Shown here: positions 60,582 through 64,000 of the stretch, piece by piece
How the letters are laid out: each line of letters opens with the position of its first letter
Position numbering within the stretch: position 1 is the stretch's first letter
IMG/VR virus record: IMGVR_UViG_3300025000_000007
Location: 9,430 to 73,429 of that record
From: a virus
Strand: one strand, 5' to 3'
Length of the DNA: 64,000 nucleotides
Made by a program: the position numbers and the translations under genes
Notes under the pieces: model-generated
Databases searched by the model: none
Told to the model about the DNA's origin: nothing
Seen by the model: the letters and a program-made list of their open reading frames with translations, nothing else

Positions 60582-61092
60582 TTATACTCTGCTGTAATTC
60601 TTCTTCTGTCATCGTGGAAACATCAATTTTCCCCGAATGTTTCAAGTTAGCATCTAATTCAATCTTCTGAGGACCATCTAATTTCAACATCTTAGCCCGT
60701 CTTTCTTTAATTTTCAATCTTACGAGCATCCAGATTTCCATTAATTTCTGATTCGATGGGACCCCATTCTGATTATATGGAAGCTCATTCTCTTCATCAT
60801 CTAATCGACTCCTGCCTTTTGCATCATAATAATTACCCGTCGCTTCCATTTCCATTATATTCAATTCTGCTTCTTCTCGGGCAATGAGATCTTCGATGAT
60901 AGATCCCGTGTTCTTTTTCCATTGGTTGATTAAAAAGTTGATGTCTCTTGATACAGTAGGCTGTGATGTTTCGATGCCATCTTTTTTCAAAAGTTCGACT
61001 ATCTCATTTTGATCAATTCTTTTGAGATAATAATTAGCTGTCGCTTGCCTGCGTGCGGCTATTTCAGCGGTTTGTTTTGTTTTAGGAGGCAT
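60532..61092 (-). CDS. terS: Terminase small subunit (putative)
   Basis: HTH-like SQPTVSRDI, RRAKMLKLD.P; upstream of terL. Confidence 0.7.
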   Translation of the reverse strand: MPPKTKQTAEIAARRQATANYYLKRIDQNEIVELLKKDGIETSQPTVSRDINFLINQWKKNTGSIIEDLIAREEAELNIMEMEATGNYYDAKGRSRLDDEENELPYNQNGVPSNQKLMEIWMLVRLKIKERRAKMLKLDGPQKIELDANLKHSGKIDVSTMTEEELQQSINDNLKKLADAGYIQGT

Positions 61093-61271
61093 ATATGTAT
61101 AATTTAATATACGTTTAAAAATAAATACTTTTGTATAGTTATTACTTTAATAGTGCTTGAATCTAAGCCCCGCTATTCAATTATTATAGAGAGGTAAGGA
61201 ATTGTATTAGAAAAAGTAAAAAAGAGAATAGAAGTGATTAAACAATCTTAAGACCGTTACTTAGATCTTCT

Positions 61272-61730
61272 TTAATATATCCAATTGCCATCCCTCCACT
61301 CAGCTTTAAACTTTGTCTGCATCACATATTTTAACCAGAGCATTTCAAACGAATCATCCAGAGCAATTCCTAAATTATGAAACCTCATTGTCTCGGATCG
61401 GAAGAAGTCCTCAAATGTACGGAAAATCGTCCATAAATTAGAATGTGGTTGAAGTTTAGGGGATATTAACATATCCTGAAGTTGTTTTTGACTTGGAATT
61501 GGTCTTAGATCATTTACATGCACCATAGCAATATCGTTTTTAATAAAATCGATACTGAATACAAGTTCTCCTCTGTCATAATACCAAATATATTCGTTTT
61601 GTTTTCCGAGTATTGATATTTCTTTTCCATGAAAGATAATTGCTCTGTCACCTGCTTGCCATTGCCAGCCTTTAAAGAAGTCATCTGGCAATGCTAAAAC
61701 CATATTTTTATATCCGTTTGAAGTATCCAT
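61272..61730 (-). CDS. Hypothetical protein, paralog of 2243..2740
   Basis: Shared motifs. Confidence 0.65.
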   Translation of the reverse strand: MDTSNGYKNMVLALPDDFFKGWQWQAGDRAIIFHGKEISILGKQNEYIWYYDRGELVFSIDFIKNDIAMVHVNDLRPIPSQKQLQDMLISPKLQPHSNLWTIFRTFEDFFRSETMRFHNLGIALDDSFEMLWLKYVMQTKFKAEWRDGNWIY

Positions 61731-61740
61731 TTTATCACCT

Positions 61741-62082
61741 TTATAATTTATCAGTTATCAAATGACTTGCTACAGGAAACACACCACCCAACGTCCAGGC
61801 TCCAATAAAATAATACTCAACTGCAAAGAGTACAACCCAAAATGAAAAATTGTGTAACCATCCTCTATGGTGGAATGCTTTATCAATTATCCAGCCGAAT
61901 GGGCCTAATCGTTTTCGCGGTCTTGATTTTGTATCTAAATCGGGAGTGAAATAATAAGTATTCCATAGCCATTTGGAAATAAATAAAAGTGTAAATATAA
62001 TTTCAGAGTGGTAATATCCTAATAAAAAGATGGTTGGGATAAGTGCATATTTGTTTAATCGCTCATGGTTTTTACCGTTCAT
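61741..62082 (-). CDS. DUF2227-like membrane metal-binding protein
   Basis: GKNH, PDLD..S, HRG..H, SHL..D. Confidence 0.75.
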   Translation of the reverse strand: MNGKNHERLNKYALIPTIFLLGYYHSEIIFTLLFISKWLWNTYYFTPDLDTKSRPRKRLGPFGWIIDKAFHHRGWLHNFSFWVVLFAVEYYFIGAWTLGGVFPVASHLITDKL

Positions 62083-62431
62083 TCCTAATATCCCAATACG
62101 TTTTTATTTTTTTAAACTTCGGAGACAATTTAGTAATCTTGTGGAATTTATGTCCTCTGCACTGGAGATCAACGAACATATCCAATGCATCAAATGATGA
62201 ATAAGTAATGCTGTATGTCATGTTTCCTTTTTTATGCATGAGAGTGTGAGTTCGTGATTTTCCGAGAGGATTAGTTTCATAGTGTTGCTTCCTCCTTTGG
62301 ACAATTCCAATTCCTACAAGCTTTCATCTCTCCGAGTTTACAGCAACCAAGATAAGAATCAAAATCCGAGCAGTCTGGATTATAGGTGTTCTCGTTTCCT
62401 CCGGTCATGTTTTTATTCCACTCCTATAAAA

Positions 62432-63075
62432 TTAAACAACATCTCCATTTTTATCTATTGTAGCAATTTTATCTCCTTCAGAAACATAAATATCAAAATT
62501 CAAAATTCCATTTAGAGTAGTAAATGGCACATCTTTTAATACTACTAATGATCCCCTATCATCTGCATTTATGATGCTATGAAGCGGCAACGCTCCCTCT
62601 AGATATAAACTTAGCATATTGGATGGTTTAAGAGTAATATGATCAATTTTCTCAACATTTCCAGCCTCAATATCTGAGTTTATTACATCTATTATCTTTT
62701 TACTAATCGGGGATGGATCTACTTCTACGAAGCATCCTTCGAAGGCATTAATCACCCAATTTGTCCCGGAATTGAAACCTATTTTATCAAATATTCTTAG
62801 TTTAACGCCGTCGAATTCTATATTTGTAGTTTCTATTTTTGCGCTTGTCATTAATTTATTCCTCCTTACTTATATTCATCCGGCAAGCCTTTATTTAATT
62901 CCTCAATCAAAAATTCTATAGCTTCATAAGACATGTTCTGAATACATTTTGAAAAGTCTTCCTGTGTTGGGCTTGCTTTTCCAATTAAAGGATTAAGCGC
63001 CATTCCATTGCGAATCTGCATTGCTTCGCAAATTAGTCTCTGATCGCATTTGTTAAATTCGCTAAATAGTTTCAT
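62432..63075 (-). CDS. Two hypothetical ORFs (62432..62851, 62866..63075)
   Basis: Co-oriented with RBS. Confidence 0.5.
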
Positions 63076-63572
63076 TTAGTCCACTTCCTCTTTAACAGTT
63101 TGAGTTTATCCGTTTGCGGTTCTTCTCCAAACATCAATATTCTATCTATATCATCATCCTGATCTAACATTTGAATAATTATATCACTGAATGTATCCTT
63201 ACATGTGCCTTTTTTCCCTATTCGATCCCATACTTCTTGTTTTATTTTACTTTTTATCTCGAATAGTTTGTTTTTCTTTGATTTATAAACTGCATTAACG
63301 TCAGGTGAGATCATTTCTTGATTAGCTAGCCATATCAATGCTGCTTTGTTTACTTCTTTCATACCTTTGAGAGTAATTGGATCATGGTAAATCCCTCTGT
63401 GTATTTCTCTTGGAATAAATATCCCAATTGACTTATCATTGTTTAAGTGCATATGATGAAAATCCATGTCTTCGCAGTAAGAATTTATTGGAGCATAACC
63501 AAGGTCTCTCATTTTAGCCATAGCTTTTATTCGTGCTTCTTCGCGGTTTGGATATTTTTTATGTGCACTCAT
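63072..63572 (-). CDS. HNH-like His-rich domain plus RHH; paralog of 21837..22322
   Basis: FHHMH...IGIFIPREIHRGIYH...GMKEVNK. Confidence 0.6.
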   Translation of the reverse strand: MSAHKKYPNREEARIKAMAKMRDLGYAPINSYCEDMDFHHMHLNNDKSIGIFIPREIHRGIYHDPITLKGMKEVNKAALIWLANQEMISPDVNAVYKSKKNKLFEIKSKIKQEVWDRIGKKGTCKDTFSDIIIQMLDQDDDIDRILMFGEEPQTDKLKLLKRKWTK

Positions 63573-63779
63573 TTATTCTTCCTTCTTTTCACATTCAGCT
63601 AACTTCTTTTTTAATAACTCATTCTCTGTCTTTACATATTTATTTTCAACAATCAGTTTATCATTTTCAGCTAGAGTTAACCGGATTATTACATCGTCGG
63701 TCGGCTGTCCAAAATCTTTTCCTTTTTCTCTTAGTTCTTTGACTGTATATTCATTTACTCGAATCTGTTTTAATGACAT
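63573..63779 (-). CDS. RHH regulator with coiled coil
   Basis: KQIRVNEYTVKELREKG.....DDVIIRL. Confidence 0.65.
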   Translation of the reverse strand: MSLKQIRVNEYTVKELREKGKDFGQPTDDVIIRLTLAENDKLIVENKYVKTENELLKKKLAECEKKEE

Positions 63780-63799
63780 AGCTACCTATACACACTCAA

Positions 63800-63885
63800 A
63801 GTATTTAAGCGTTACTATTGGTAACTTATAGCGTTACTATCAGTGACATTTATATACTTTGCATGCCTAGTAGTAGTATAGAAAG
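63800..63885. promoter_or_regulatory. Divergent promoter with tandem GTTAC-N5-GT(A/G)AC operators
   Basis: GCGTTACTAT twice (63809, 63831); the downstream ATACTTTG...CCTAGTA.TAGTATAGAAA matches about 22586-22617. Confidence 0.6.
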
Positions 63886-64000
63886 GGCATAAGCCCGAAT
63901 GGAGATACAAAGATGAAAACAATCGAAGAAGTAAGAGAAATGACAAATGAACAGATCCTCGTTGAAATGAGGAAAATTGCTGGAAATCAGATATCAAACA

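Larger units (their letters stand above)
1..64000. mobile_element. Head-tailed archaeal virus or provirus (Caudoviricetes), probable Methanosarcinales host; both ends extend beyond the window
   Basis: Ordered terminase-portal-MuF-protease-capsid-tail-tape measure module, dense small ORFs, archaeal TATA-type promoters, no host housekeeping genes seen. Confidence 0.9.

Noticed and set aside
1-64000. DGR reverse transcriptase, template repeat, tRNA genes or Methanosarcina-type CRISPR repeats (ending ATTGAAAC)
   Set aside because: No RT motifs in any ORF, no second copy of the VR, no cloverleaf and no regularly spaced repeats found by eye; a computational search could still find weak cases

Overview
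The window is part of a tailed (siphovirus-like, HK97-fold) archaeal virus or provirus. Methanosarcina-like proteins, TATA/BRE promoters, leaderless genes and GGTGA/GGAG ribosome-binding sites suggest a Methanosarcinales host (inference). The minus strand from about 61 kb to 39 kb carries a full morphogenesis block: terminase small and large subunits, portal, MuF protein with a zincin extension, protease/scaffold, decoration protein, encapsulin-like major capsid protein, connectors, tail tube, tail chaperone with a -1 frameshift, tape measure, DUF2341 hub and a beta-helix tailspike. A probable lysis cassette lies at 29.6-32.7 kb and a displaced tail-fibre module at 7.2-11.7 kb. Highlights: (1) a plus-strand island with an array-less type IV-B CRISPR-Cas effector operon (csf1-cas11-csf2-csf3-cysH-like), driven by repeated palindromic promoters, whose csf1 lacks a canonical start codon; (2) a nucleotide cluster with a thymidylate-synthase homolog carrying the dCMP-specific Asp, a dNMP kinase and an ASCH-like/ferredoxin:thioredoxin-reductase fusion; (3) a DGR-type variable region inside a tail-fibre gene, with no RT or template repeat found in the window; (4) a secreted paralog of the tailspike domain; (5) a candidate structured ncRNA and a candidate origin. 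I found no tRNA, rRNA, CRISPR array, tyrosine integrase, DNA polymerase or reverse transcriptase. All family calls come from reading motifs by eye, not from database searches.
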